Below, in pieces: positions 18,609-27,284 of a stretch of 64,000 nt of DNA. Location: the IMG/VR virus record IMGVR_UViG_2576861733_000002, positions 1 through 64,000 of that record, one strand, 5' to 3'. The notes under the pieces were generated by a model that had not been told where the DNA came from, ran no database searches, and saw only the letters and a program-made list of their open reading frames with translations. A program made the translations under genes and the position numbers. How positions within the stretch are numbered: the stretch's first letter is position 1; each line of letters begins with the position of its first letter. This stretch comes from a virus. Its lineage: Duplodnaviria > Caudoviricetes.

Positions 18609-20531
18609 TCACGACGCGCCATTCGACTTGACCAGCCCACGATAGTCCAGCGCGGCCACGCCAGCATCGATACGCACCTTCCAGGCCACACCATCGACCG
18701 TGAAGCCGTCCATCTGCTCCAGATATGGCACATCCATACCATCAAGATACGCCACCTCGATAGTGTCCGTTCCCTGAGCGGCGGCCACATACCACTGTTT
18801 GTTATTGGCCTTGTCCAGACGTGGCTCAACAACGACCTGCGCCATATCTTTCACCACGTTGATAATGCCGGGGTTCTGGTTCAGTGTGCCGTCCTGGTCT
18901 ACAGGGAACAGCGAAGATGAGGAGAGCACAGCACGATTGGCGGCCCCTTCCAGCGCGGCAGGCACGAGGATATAGGCCGGGATAACATTGATGGGATCGC
19001 CATTAGCATCCTCCTGAAGGCGCATTGCTTTACGTGCCTCGTTAAGCCCATCAGTGTCCATCCCTTTCGCGATGAGGTTCTTATGATCTGCATGGAACAA
19101 TGTCTTACCATCAGTGAAGCTGGCATTAGCTGTCAGGTGCAGATAGACTAGGTTCCCGACCGTTCGCGCAGCAGCCCGCCCCATCGCCTGGGGAATGGTC
19201 GTAAGCTGGTTCAGGTCATCGTTAATGATGGCCTGGCGGGTAACAGAGAAGATATTGCCATAGGTGGCCAGCGCGATCGGGACACCGCTGTCGCTCGTGG
19301 TGACATATTTATATTCAGCGCCTTCCGGGACTTTCTCCAGTTCAGAGAAACCATTCAGGCCTACGCGCTTGGCTTCGTGGAAATTCGACAAAGAGCCTGT
19401 TTTAGTCCACTGTTGGAACGTTTCCCCGCTGTTCTGCCAGCCAGTCAGCACGGATTTTTCAGCACCACCAGCCAGGATATGTGCAAAGTCGCTGCTGCTG
19501 TGGGTGAAAGCCAGATTAACAATCTGTGAACGATTACCAAAACCGCTAATGCTGACACCGCGATCCACCAGCGAGGCCTGTGCCATTTCAAACAGGCTCA
19601 TCATCGCGTAAGGGTTACCGCGTTCCGCGCGTTCATGCCCCAGGCGCGCATAAAGCCCCTGCCGGATACTGTCTCCCGTAATGTTGCCATTGCCAGCGTA
19701 AATATGCGCCTGCCCGGTTTTGCTCGATGGTGTGGCGCCACGCCCCATTTCCGCCAGGAGCAGATCCTTGGCTTTCTCCGGCGTACAGTCGGCATCTCCC
19801 AGGCACTGCATTTTCAGCGAGTCATGCTTACCACCGAACATGGCAAACAGGTCTTTAATTCCGTTGATGCGGGCATGTTCCGGCGTTGCGGTGCTGGAGG
19901 AACCTTTCGGGCTGGTGATCATCCCTTTTAATTCAGTTGGCATATGTTCAAAATCCTCAATACGTTTCGATTCAATCCGGGCCATAGCGCTTACAGCCGG
20001 CAGCAGTTCATCTGCAAACCCCTGCGCCACGCATTCAGCGCCATTCATCCAGGTTTCTTCTTCCAGCATCGCCGCCAGTGTCTCAGCAGATTTACCGGTT
20101 TTGCGTGCATAAGCCGGGATAAGGACGTTTTCAACCTTGTCCAGCAGCTCGGCATAGTCGCGCATGTCGTTGGCGTTCCCGCCGGAAATGCCCCATGGCT
20201 TGTGAATCATCATGAGGGCGTTCTCAGGCATGACGATGCGATTACCCGCCATTGCAATGACTGACGCCATAGACGCCGCCAGACCATCGATATGCACTGT
20301 GATTTTTGCCGGGTGTTTGCTCAGAAGGTTATAGATAGCGATGCCGTCGAATACGTCACCGCCCGGGGAGTGGATGTTCAGATCGATGTGCGAGACATCG
20401 CCCAGGGCTTTCAGGTCTTCTGAGAACTGCTGAGCAGTGATCCCCCAGCCGCCGATCTCTTCGTAAACCTGAATTGTTGCGCTTGCGCCATCGCTGGCCG
20501 CTTTGATGTTGTACCAGCCTTTCATACCCAT
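18609..20531 (-). CDS. Satellite-encoded ClpP protease-major capsid fusion protein
   Basis: IHSPGGDVFDG, GLAASMAS, MMIHKPWG, capsid C-terminus VRIDAGVAALDYRGLVK; full-length paralog of the split helper gene. Confidence 0.93.
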   Translation of the reverse strand: MGMKGWYNIKAASDGASATIQVYEEIGGWGITAQQFSEDLKALGDVSHIDLNIHSPGGDVFDGIAIYNLLSKHPAKITVHIDGLAASMASVIAMAGNRIVMPENALMMIHKPWGISGGNANDMRDYAELLDKVENVLIPAYARKTGKSAETLAAMLEEETWMNGAECVAQGFADELLPAVSAMARIESKRIEDFEHMPTELKGMITSPKGSSSTATPEHARINGIKDLFAMFGGKHDSLKMQCLGDADCTPEKAKDLLLAEMGRGATPSSKTGQAHIYAGNGNITGDSIRQGLYARLGHERAERGNPYAMMSLFEMAQASLVDRGVSISGFGNRSQIVNLAFTHSSSDFAHILAGGAEKSVLTGWQNSGETFQQWTKTGSLSNFHEAKRVGLNGFSELEKVPEGAEYKYVTTSDSGVPIALATYGNIFSVTRQAIINDDLNQLTTIPQAMGRAAARTVGNLVYLHLTANASFTDGKTLFHADHKNLIAKGMDTDGLNEARKAMRLQEDANGDPINVIPAYILVPAALEGAANRAVLSSSSLFPVDQDGTLNQNPGIINVVKDMAQVVVEPRLDKANNKQWYVAAAQGTDTIEVAYLDGMDVPYLEQMDGFTVDGVAWKVRIDAGVAALDYRGLVKSNGAS

Positions 20532-20716
20532 GCCCCCAGCGTATGCTGATGCCAGTAGTTCACGCTGCTGCGCACAATCTGGCCTTTAGTGGGGACAGGC
20601 ATTTCAGGGTGATTCTTTTTAATGAACTCCTGATACTCCTCGATTTTCTTCATTGTTTCGGCGTCGATATGGACCGTACCGCCCTTATCGTGGGCCGATT
20701 TGTTCTTATCTGGCAT
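20522..20716 (-). CDS. Small putative DNA-binding protein upstream of the satellite capsid gene
   Basis: TVHIDAETMKKI...TKGQIVR pattern resembles ribbon-helix-helix; overlaps the capsid start. Confidence 0.55.
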   Translation of the reverse strand: MPDKNKSAHDKGGTVHIDAETMKKIEEYQEFIKKNHPEMPVPTKGQIVRSSVNYWHQHTLGAWV

Positions 20717-20860
20717 CTTCTTACCCTTATCGTGATTGATGGTACAAGTGCAATCATTGATCACTAAAAGTGGTAAGTAAACTCATTTTAATCATAAAAA
20801 CAGATTAATCAGATTCAGACATAAAAAAACCGGGTTTCCCCGGCCTCAACGAAAGCTAGT

Positions 20861-21241
20861 TTAGTCATCTTTCTCTTGTTTAATTCCTGCCAATACTCCA
20901 GACAATACAGGGTATACGTTGATGACTAACATCAATGTGATGGCAATTATGAGCATTGATGCCCCCCATTCTCCGAGTGGCTTTTTAAACAAGTTTGCAA
21001 TAGCAATTATATTGATTACATATATACCCAAGAAAAGGATAGATATTCCCCATGCCACTGCTCTCACAGGCCTTTTTGACAGACTTTTCTTTCGTTGTAC
21101 ATCCAGAGTTATCCAGGTCATATAAACCGCTATCACTGAGAAAAAAGCCCATGTCAGATAAGCCGATGAGTCACGAAAAGAGTCTGCCATTACACTAGAC
21201 CAGGAAATTATAGCTTCAATTATATCCATATCACTTTTCAC
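20861..21241 (-). CDS. Three-TM membrane protein (satellite cargo)
   Basis: Three hydrophobic stretches, low GC, followed by a terminator at about 20823-20843. Confidence 0.7.
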   Translation of the reverse strand: MKSDMDIIEAIISWSSVMADSFRDSSAYLTWAFFSVIAVYMTWITLDVQRKKSLSKRPVRAVAWGISILFLGIYVINIIAIANLFKKPLGEWGASMLIIAITLMLVINVYPVLSGVLAGIKQEKDD

Positions 21242-21305
21242 CCTTTCTTATTGGTGGCTCTTTAGTACCAGCAGAATATATAAAAATTTAAAAATATGCA
21301 TTTAA

Positions 21306-21533
21306 GTGTTCACCTGTTCACCTTCCCTGAATTAACAATATAATTCATATAGTTAGATGGTGAATACTTTTCTTTCAGGTGTTCACAAGTGTTCACCCTA
21401 CCCTTCACCTTTGAACAATTTAAAGAAAGGTGAACAGGGTGAACACTTGGTGAATACTTCATAATTAAGTGTTCACCTTTTAACACCATGTTATTAATGC
21501 ATTTTTTAACAGGGTGAATACTGGTGAACACTT
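21306..21533. repeat. Satellite replication origin: P4-like TGTTCACC/GGTGAA(C/T)A iteron cluster
   Basis: More than ten direct and inverted copies in AT-rich DNA immediately downstream of the helicase; TGTTCACC is the P4 type I iteron. Confidence 0.85.
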
Positions 21534-21545
21534 TATCTGTAAGTA

Positions 21546-23342
21546 TTACTGTGACACCTCACTTTCTGGTGAACTGCCACATGATGGCATCCAGTCATCA
21601 GAATCATCGCTGAGGGTCACGTTTGACCTGATGCCAGCCTTTGTTTTCCGCTTCTGGTATTCCTTCCCGTATTCCGCCATAGCACCAGGCATATCGGTTC
21701 CGAACCGCATAAGCGATACCGGCTTGTTAAGACCATTGGCCCGCATGTATGCCAGATAAGCGTGATACAGGTAGCGGCGTGGGCTGAATGGCACTATTTC
21801 GGCGTTTCCGATAAACATGCCATCACAGACAACCGATGCCATAAGATAGCCACAGAAGTCCACCAGCGAATCCCCCTCACGCTTGATTGCCAGCGCTTCC
21901 TCTGATTTCTGCTGTTCATGTAGCATCTGTTTTGCCAGGCTCTGATCGGCAAATCGGGTAAGAAGGTGGCGAATGATCACCGCCAGCTCCCCCTCTATCT
22001 TCTCTGCCAGTAGGGGATCCCGCTCATTTTCCGGCACCACTTCGGAAAAGTTGAAAATCACCCGTCGCCGGGAAATACCGCCACTTCGGTCACTGAATGT
22101 CATGGCGTTGTTATTGACTGCCAACACCACCGCAGGGATACGGGTTGAGTAAGGTGCCTTATGTTTTGGATCGATAGACACCTTATCACCACCAGTGATC
22201 GCCTTAATCCCGGCGCCATCCCCGGCATAACGGGTCATATCGGGCATGATGATAAGGGAGTAACCAACCACCAGCGCCCTGTCTCGCGGGTCTTCCAGCG
22301 CTCTCATGCTGGCCGATACCGTGTTGGCCTTTCCTGCCAGCATGGTGCAAATCTCAGCCATCACGCTCTTACCACTTCCCCCCGGCCCCGTAACTTCAAG
22401 AAACAACTGCCAGTCGTACCGGTTCGCCAGCACCAGAAAGAGCGCTGCCAGCACACGATCGGACTTCCGGTCATTATCAGCGACCGAGCGGCGTAACCAT
22501 TTCCAGAAGTTGGGCGCATGGCTGGCCAGTGTTTCACCTTCGGCTGGTGGGCTGAACGGCAGTTCACTCGCAATGAGTAACCAGTCATCTTTCTTGTGCT
22601 CTCTGAATTGCCCCGCACGGGTATCAAATACCCCATTGCTGAACCCGATCAGGTTTCTGGCTGTTACCCCCATTACCGGGAGGCTTAACTTCATGGTTTC
22701 AACCGCCGATTTAATGGCGTTCTGCGAATACGCCACATCAGCCTCAATAAAGATTTGGGCCATATCCCGCTGTAGTTCCTTATCCGGCAACGGAACCCAT
22801 ACCACGCCGTTGTAGTAGTGAACCGTGTCAGAGTCAGCATGGATAGCCAGGTTGCCGTCATAGTGAGCCAGCAACACCTCTCCGCGCTGACTGGCTCCCA
22901 TCTGATTTAGCGCAGGCGTCACATTGTCCTGGCGTTTATCTCTTTTCGTCACAGGAAGAGTAACGACAACATCTCCCGTCCTGATCCTTTCAAGATACGC
23001 ACGCCAGTCCTCCGGATTCCTGTCAGGAATGCCCTTATAAAGCTTCGCATCCTGCACTCCGGCCTTTGCCAGCTTCTCGCCAATAGCATTAATCATGCGC
23101 TGCTCGATATCGCCAGCCAGATACACTCGCGCCGAACGCCGCCCGTCATCAATAATGGACAAGCTGTCCAGTTCCGCCAGTTGCTTAGGCCCAAGGTAAA
23201 CTGGTGGTACATCATCACCCGCCCTTTTCCCTTCGCTCTCGATCCAGTGCCGGGCGTGAGCATATGCATCAGCACCAATGAAAATAATTGCCTCTGTAAA
23301 CTTGTCCTTTGGCAGATATTTTAAGTTTGGAGCACTCTTCAT
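21546..23342 (-). CDS. P4-family primase/SF3 helicase (Pri-Rep)
   Basis: Walker A GPGGSGKS, KAITGGD, RRRVIF and a C-terminal winged helix. Confidence 0.9.
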   Translation of the reverse strand: MKSAPNLKYLPKDKFTEAIIFIGADAYAHARHWIESEGKRAGDDVPPVYLGPKQLAELDSLSIIDDGRRSARVYLAGDIEQRMINAIGEKLAKAGVQDAKLYKGIPDRNPEDWRAYLERIRTGDVVVTLPVTKRDKRQDNVTPALNQMGASQRGEVLLAHYDGNLAIHADSDTVHYYNGVVWVPLPDKELQRDMAQIFIEADVAYSQNAIKSAVETMKLSLPVMGVTARNLIGFSNGVFDTRAGQFREHKKDDWLLIASELPFSPPAEGETLASHAPNFWKWLRRSVADNDRKSDRVLAALFLVLANRYDWQLFLEVTGPGGSGKSVMAEICTMLAGKANTVSASMRALEDPRDRALVVGYSLIIMPDMTRYAGDGAGIKAITGGDKVSIDPKHKAPYSTRIPAVVLAVNNNAMTFSDRSGGISRRRVIFNFSEVVPENERDPLLAEKIEGELAVIIRHLLTRFADQSLAKQMLHEQQKSEEALAIKREGDSLVDFCGYLMASVVCDGMFIGNAEIVPFSPRRYLYHAYLAYMRANGLNKPVSLMRFGTDMPGAMAEYGKEYQKRKTKAGIRSNVTLSDDSDDWMPSCGSSPESEVSQ

Positions 23343-23707
23343 TTCGGGATCCCTCCGCTCATCTGGAACTTGCCAAGCAATGGATGAAACCAGTACGCCG
23401 AACCGTATTTCCGTTTGGCGCTACGGAGAACTAAGCGGGCCGCTTCCCTGAATTTTTCATCAGGCGCAACAAAGCCACCAGATTTCATTTTGACCAGCAT
23501 TACACCCGTGTTTTTCGCCAGTTCCTCGGCCTTTTTAGTCGATATGCCAAACTCGGCCGCCAGCGTAGCGATCGGGGTCATGCCCGGCGGGATCTCCCCG
23601 CCCTGGCTGTCAGTCAGTGAGCGAACCTGCTGTTCCAGCTCCAGCAGCCGTCCCACCAGCACATCAACTCGTTTTTCCAGTTCATTGAATTTAACGTTGC
23701 TGATCAT
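23339..23707 (-). CDS. Conserved satellite hypothetical protein
   Basis: 122 aa, coiled coil plus HTH-like segment, coupled to pri-rep. Confidence 0.7.
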   Translation of the reverse strand: MISNVKFNELEKRVDVLVGRLLELEQQVRSLTDSQGGEIPPGMTPIATLAAEFGISTKKAEELAKNTGVMLVKMKSGGFVAPDEKFREAARLVLRSAKRKYGSAYWFHPLLGKFQMSGGIPK

Positions 23708-24015
23708 GACTGAATCTCCCCATGACGCTTACTGAGCACATAATTTGCCGTGGTGCTGTTTTGCTGCAGCGCCTGGGCTAACCGTGGAAGATGGCGCAAT
23801 GCATCGCCAATCAACTCTAAATCTCTCCGGGCGTCCTCATCTGAGTAGTCTTCGGACTCCACAGCATCGAGAGTCAAATTGCCGATCAGAGTTAATACGC
23901 TGGTTATGGCAAAGACACCTGCCCCATAAACTTCGCTGGACTCGGTTAAATCTTCATCACTGTGGTTTTTGAAGTCAGGGGCTTGCTTAACAAGCTGGTG
24001 GTAGATATCACGCAT
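23704..24015 (-). CDS. Satellite hypothetical protein
   Basis: Overlapping stop/start chain in the early operon. Confidence 0.7.
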   Translation of the reverse strand: MRDIYHQLVKQAPDFKNHSDEDLTESSEVYGAGVFAITSVLTLIGNLTLDAVESEDYSDEDARRDLELIGDALRHLPRLAQALQQNSTTANYVLSKRHGEIQS

Positions 24016-24220
24016 TGCGCACCTCCACATCCTTAAGGGCATAAATGGCCGTGAAAATGTCAGCAGTAATGCAACGGATGCCTCCTATCGCTGTTTCAAT
24101 ATCACCCTGCTCCATTTCGTTGCAGGCAATTTCCAGCGCCACCATCAGCGCATCTACCTGACCGGAACGCGCCATCAACTCAACAAAGTGAATATTGCTC
24201 TCTATGGTCTGCTTAGCCAT
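24008..24220 (-). CDS. Satellite hypothetical protein
   Basis: 70 aa; GGAGG RBS and overlapping coupling. Confidence 0.65.
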   Translation of the reverse strand: MAKQTIESNIHFVELMARSGQVDALMVALEIACNEMEQGDIETAIGGIRCITADIFTAIYALKDVEVRNA

Positions 24221-24491
24221 GACGCACCTCCGGCGGGATATTTATCTCACTGCCGATAATCGACCAGAGAGTTGCACGGTCATAATCAGACCATGTGAAC
24301 GAGTAAGGACTCTCAGTTCTGATTTTTGCTGCAAAGATTAAATTCCAACCGGGCAAGGCTGCACGGGCAGTGTCTTCGGTGTCTGCATCAAAACGCAGGA
24401 CGATGGGGGAGCTCTCCGTTTGGTGCTTGGGGGTGGCCAGGAATAGCCATGTAAATTCAGGGCGAGTTTGGGTATGCTGTTGATCAGCCAT
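24213..24491 (-). CDS. Icd-like (host cell division inhibitor family) protein
   Basis: [13 protein letters not shown]...[17 protein letters not shown] signature typical of PICI/P4-like elements. Confidence 0.78.
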   Translation of the reverse strand: MADQQHTQTRPEFTWLFLATPKHQTESSPIVLRFDADTEDTARAALPGWNLIFAAKIRTESPYSFTWSDYDRATLWSIIGSEINIPPEVRHG

Positions 24492-24628
24492 AACTGTTAC
24501 CTCAACTAACGGTTTGTGGTTAGACGTCCCGTGAGTGGTTCCAAGCACTTCCGGGACGTTGCTTTTTTCACGTCAAGCGTGATAACGTACGTACGTAATA
24601 GCAGCATCCTATGAGGTTACGTACGTAC

Positions 24629-24820
24629 ATGTCAACAATAAAACGAGATAAAACTCCTAAAGGAGAAGGCTTGTCTCCCACATTCCAAATCCGAATAAGT
24701 CCTGAATTGCGCCAGCAGATGAATGAAGCTGCTGAGCGTGAGGGAGTAAGTCTTGGTAATTGGCTTAAAGGTCTGGCGAGAAATGAACTTATTAAGCAAG
24801 GAATTGAACCTAAAGGTTAG
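24629..24820 (+). CDS. Ribbon-helix-helix regulator (Arc/HicB-like)
   Basis: FQIRISPELRQQMNEAAEREGVSLGNWLK; divergent from the icd-like gene. Confidence 0.75.
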   Translation: MSTIKRDKTPKGEGLSPTFQIRISPELRQQMNEAAEREGVSLGNWLKGLARNELIKQGIEPKG

Positions 24821-24878
24821 TTTTCACATGCTCTCGTCGATTTATTTTTTGCAGTCAATATTAAACTAAGGAATTTCT

Positions 24879-25589
24879 ATGGATAATTTATATACGCCAT
24901 CTGAATATTTTATGTTCGTAGAGCAATTTGATCATTACTTTCCACGAAAAAGCCCTTTTAACTCATTATTATTCGAGTTCAATTATAGATTAGAAGATAT
25001 AGTTGTTTTTCACCGCTTTGTAATCAATACATATGCAAATAATAAAAAAGCAATTGATGTACAATATAATAAATTTAGATTTCTTGATGATGAACAAAAG
25101 AAATCTCTTTCTGATGACGAGTATGAAGCATATCAACTCAGCTTTGCAAGACATATGGAATACATTAACCATCAAACTGATTTGAATGAAAAAGCGTCTT
25201 ACATTGCTAACGATAGTGTCGTTATAAACTTATGGGCCATGAATGAACAATATATGACCAGGGGATTAGCCAACCTAATATGTCAAAAAGAAAATAAAGA
25301 TTTAAGTGAAGTTAAAACGCCTTATAAATGGGATACAATTAAAAGCAAATTCTTGTCATATGGAATCAACTTTGAGACATTACCATCATATGATGACATT
25401 AATGAATGTAGAGTGCTGAATAACAAAATAAAACATCTGAACATAGTAGATTCTGGATTAGAAGTTTTCCCTCCCTTCAAAGGTAAGCTTAACGAATCAC
25501 TTACTGGGATGGCCTTTCCTCTTCAAAAATATATTATAGGCTCTCATCACTTTATAGGCATGCTATTAGAAGAGTGCTCCAAAAAATAG
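24879..25589 (+). CDS. Low-GC cargo protein, possibly HEPN-like
   Basis: 236 aa, helical, with INECRVLNNKIKH near the C-terminus. Confidence 0.55.
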   Translation: MDNLYTPSEYFMFVEQFDHYFPRKSPFNSLLFEFNYRLEDIVVFHRFVINTYANNKKAIDVQYNKFRFLDDEQKKSLSDDEYEAYQLSFARHMEYINHQTDLNEKASYIANDSVVINLWAMNEQYMTRGLANLICQKENKDLSEVKTPYKWDTIKSKFLSYGINFETLPSYDDINECRVLNNKIKHLNIVDSGLEVFPPFKGKLNESLTGMAFPLQKYIIGSHHFIGMLLEECSKK

Positions 25590-25635
25590 ATATATGGCAA
25601 CGTATAGTGTATCGTTCAATACGTTGCCAAATCTC

Positions 25636-25872
25636 TCATTTATTTTTATCGAACCAATCTCCTTTAATCCAAGCTTGCACCTCAGAAAGCCGATACGCAA
25701 CGGCTGACGGCCCAATTTTGATTCGCTTCGGAAATTTTCCTTCCTGTTCCATGCGCCAGCGCGTGGAGTTTGAGAGCGTGGTCATCGCGCGGCATTCGGG
25801 CTCACGAATCATTCGGTCAAGCTCAGGCATATACTGGAGATCTTCTTTTTTCACAACGGATAACATAGCCAT
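25636..25872 (-). CDS. alpA: AlpA-family regulator/excisionase
   Basis: RMIREPEC..TTLSNSTRWRMEQEGKFPKRIKIG..AVAYRLSEVQAWI. Confidence 0.9.
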   Translation of the reverse strand: MAMLSVVKKEDLQYMPELDRMIREPECRAMTTLSNSTRWRMEQEGKFPKRIKIGPSAVAYRLSEVQAWIKGDWFDKNK

Positions 25873-25873
25873 A

Positions 25874-27109
25874 TCAGGCGCTCCTTTTCTTAATCACTTT
25901 GACTGTAACTTCTTCACCCACCAGCCCATCAAGGTAATCAACCCATCGGTCCAGCGCTTCTTGTTTTTGGGGAATATACTTGCTGCGGTTATAGATTCCG
26001 GCCACACCCTTTATGGTGTGTCCCAGCAACTGCTCCACTACATAAAAATCGACGCCCATATCGTTGAGACTTGTTGAGAACGTTCGTCTCAGGTCATGTA
26101 ATGACCAGCGTTTTTCATGTTTCAGAGATATAAAGTTTGTGCATCCCATCGTGCTGACGGTTGAATCAGATTTCAGTTCCCCGAGTATGTACCTACGCCT
26201 TTTAGTCTCTTCGTGCAGGTTTACCATCCACTGCCGCATTTTCTGAGGCACCGGGCGGAGAATCTCTTCACCGTTTTTACTGTGCTCTTTCGGCACCGTC
26301 CAGAGCCATTTTTCGAAGTCCCATTCATCCCATGTGGATAGACGAGCCTCACTGAGCCGGCATCCAAACACAAGGCACAAAATCGCCATCCGTTTTTTGT
26401 AATTCATCACACGGGTTTTGCCCTTACCATGAAAGTAAACGCCCCACAGATCGGCAACGTAGCTTTCATCGAGCAACCGTTCTCTCTTGTCCTGATATTT
26501 ACCGATATCACCAGGGCTTAAGTCATCCAGCACATTGCACCGGACATACTGGCGAACCCGGCAGTATTTGAAGATCTGCTTTAACTCAATCAGCATCGAA
26601 GCAGACTGAACCGGCGCAATTTTCTTTATGCGATCAAAACACTTTATCCATTCCGACAGGCCGCATTTTTCGACAGGGAAACCACCAATATAGGGAAAGA
26701 TGTATCTCTCATAGCGGCGATAGAGCCGCACCGTCTCCTTGCGTTTATCCCTGGCATAGTTTTCAAACCAGTAATCAACAGCGTCCTTCACCGTAACAGG
26801 CGTGAACAGGTTTTCTTTGGTGATTTTATTCTCTATACGTGGATCGAGTCCCTGTGATAGCCATGCCCGGCACTCGTCCCTTTTCTCCCTGGCCTGTTTA
26901 AGTGTCATATCTGGATACTGGCCTAACGTCATCCAGACGGGGGCACTTTGTCGGCCTGAATGCCTGAAGAAAAAAACAAAGCTTACTGTGCCACTCGTGC
27001 TGACTCTGACAGACAGTCCCCGACCATCGGCCACCATCTTTTGACGCTGCTGCGGTTTACCATGCAGGGCTTTTAGCGTCTTGTCGCTTAACTTGTTCTC
27101 GCCAGCCAT
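25874..27109 (-). CDS. int: Satellite tyrosine integrase (P4-like, arm-binding N-domain)
   Basis: DGRGLSVRV, GCRLSE (Arg), SKNG, HDLRRT, LLGH, GIYN (Tyr). Confidence 0.95.
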   Translation of the reverse strand: MAGENKLSDKTLKALHGKPQQRQKMVADGRGLSVRVSTSGTVSFVFFFRHSGRQSAPVWMTLGQYPDMTLKQAREKRDECRAWLSQGLDPRIENKITKENLFTPVTVKDAVDYWFENYARDKRKETVRLYRRYERYIFPYIGGFPVEKCGLSEWIKCFDRIKKIAPVQSASMLIELKQIFKYCRVRQYVRCNVLDDLSPGDIGKYQDKRERLLDESYVADLWGVYFHGKGKTRVMNYKKRMAILCLVFGCRLSEARLSTWDEWDFEKWLWTVPKEHSKNGEEILRPVPQKMRQWMVNLHEETKRRRYILGELKSDSTVSTMGCTNFISLKHEKRWSLHDLRRTFSTSLNDMGVDFYVVEQLLGHTIKGVAGIYNRSKYIPQKQEALDRWVDYLDGLVGEEVTVKVIKKRSA

Positions 27110-27272
27110 AAAACCTCATTCTGCAATACACATTGCAATACACACTTAGCTGCAACGCCGAAAAACAGTAGAAAAGCAATGCAAACAACATTTCTTTTTT
27201 CTTCATAATTAACAATAAGTTAATGAAATAATCTGGTTCTTCATGCGTCCCCATGAGGTAGTGTGAGGGATA

Positions 27273-27284
27273 ATGGATCATCAT
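27273..27284. repeat. Satellite att core, copy 2
   Basis: ATGGATCATCAT, identical to 16524-16535. Confidence 0.92.

Larger units (their letters stand above)
16524..27284. mobile_element. PICI-like satellite (10,749 bp) integrated in the helper capsid gene
   Basis: 12-bp direct repeats; int, alpA, icd-like, helicase/ori, capsid, cos, terS-like. Removing it restores an in-frame 670-aa helper gene. Confidence 0.93.

Noticed and set aside
18420-18920. 166-aa plus-strand ORF with a poly-Asp run
   Set aside because: It spans the cos site and is antisense to the capsid gene; the GAT repeat is a cos-region feature shared with the helper.
21310-21531. 73-aa ORF, or a CRISPR-like array, in the repeat cluster
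   Set aside because: Repeats are 6-9 bp, in both orientations and irregularly spaced, which fits replication iterons; no cas genes are present.
16524-27284. Classification as a capsid-forming PICI or a P4-like satellite
   Set aside because: No own portal, TerL or head-completion genes, and no recognisable sid/psu/delta; it must rely on the helper packaging machinery.
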